This document shows positions 63,053-64,000 of a stretch of 64,000 bases of DNA, in pieces; position 1 is the first letter of the stretch; each line of letters begins with the position of its first letter. The notes under the pieces were generated by a model. It was not told the origin of the DNA and did not search any database. It saw only the letters and a program-made list of their open reading frames with translations. The position numbers were made by a program, and so were the translations under genes. Source of the stretch: Hormiphora californensis (lineage: Eukaryota; Animalia; Ctenophora). Location of the stretch: contig CM035350.1 in assembly GCA_020137815.1 (NCBI GenBank), positions 3,286,001-3,350,000 on the forward strand, given 5' to 3'.

Positions 63053-64000
63053 AACACACCCATTTCCACTAATGGGTGTGTTGCTATGGTTGGTGGGCAA
63101 GGGGATCGCTAGGGAGAGCGGGTGGATAGTATCCACGTGCAATTATTTTGTGGGTGTAGTGTCCCTACTTCCTGCTGATTCGTTCCAGTGCTTATTGACT
63201 TCTTCTTCGTCGAGGCTGTCCTCAGGATTTTGGACCAAAAGTTTACTATACCTCAATTTTCTTCCTAACGGTGTACCCCAGAGTATCTCATCCTTGGGAT
63301 TAAAGGATGTAACACAGGGTGCTACGTTCCCCAGCCTGGAGGGAATAAAGTTTTCTCTAGATTTGCGATCGCCTCAGTTTCTAGTATACCTTACTCTCGT
63401 TTTTTAAGAAACGCTTTAGTAAGAAACTTTTTTATAAGAAACTTTTCAAATGTAAATTGCACAATTCAGAGACACCACAACAAAATAGAACACCCCTAAC
63501 TAGTTTAGTTTCTTGATAAAGGAGAAATTCTTTTTCTTTTTGGATTGCTTACACCTGTAGTTTCCTAGAAAAAAAGTTTCTTATTTAAAAGTTTCTTGAA
63601 ATATGCGAGCTTAATTAACGAGAGTAAGGTATATTATAATCCTTACTGTAATATTTTGGTAACCTAATATTCCTCAATCTTTTTTGATAGCCTCAATTAT
63701 TTTTCAAGTTTCAAGTTTCATATATTTTTACGCTGTAGAGAGAGTATTATTGAGATTCATTTTTAAAACTAGCGCATTGTTCGAAGCAGCAGCCATTGTC
63801 TCCACTCTCCAGCGTACTGTGTTAAGCTATAGCTTCTTTACTGTCTTGTACTTGGATGAAGGCCGACGGGTGTACGCAGTAGGGGCTTGCTTCTTGGGTA
63901 TTGTTGGGTAATGGTACAGATGGTGATATTGTAAGGTGAAGATAGGATAGGAGCAAGCAAATGCAAAATGCAATTAGAGTTGCACGTGCATAATCGTTTC

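Overview
Repeat-rich, intron-containing animal genomic DNA. It is most likely from a ctenophore (Pleurobrachia-like); I infer this from a spliced-leader (SL)-like sequence and repeat families I recall, not from a search. Genes assembled by hand from splice sites, left to right: a PQ-loop membrane protein (-, partial); an NlpC/P60-like protein that has lost its catalytic Cys and His (-); an alpha2delta-like VWA/Cache calcium-channel subunit (+, 12 exons, about 998 aa) with a frameshifted GPCR nested antisense in an intron; L-threonine 3-dehydrogenase (-, 9 coding exons, 349 aa) with a nested antisense gene; two tandem intronless LRRC34 paralogs followed closely by an axonemal dynein heavy chain (+, runs off the window) that hosts two nested antisense secreted-protein genes. 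Introns and intergenic DNA hold many long foldback non-autonomous DNA transposons (Kolobok-, Chapaev-, IS3EU- and Tc1-like ends), microsatellites, and one low-quality homopolymer block (about 32.0-34.35 kb). Most notable: two unrelated LINE-ORF1-coding elements both begin at the 3' end of an SL-like exon, and one is an ORF1-only element sharing its 3' tail with an L2-type LINE. This suggests retroelements whose 5' end is defined by SL trans-splicing.
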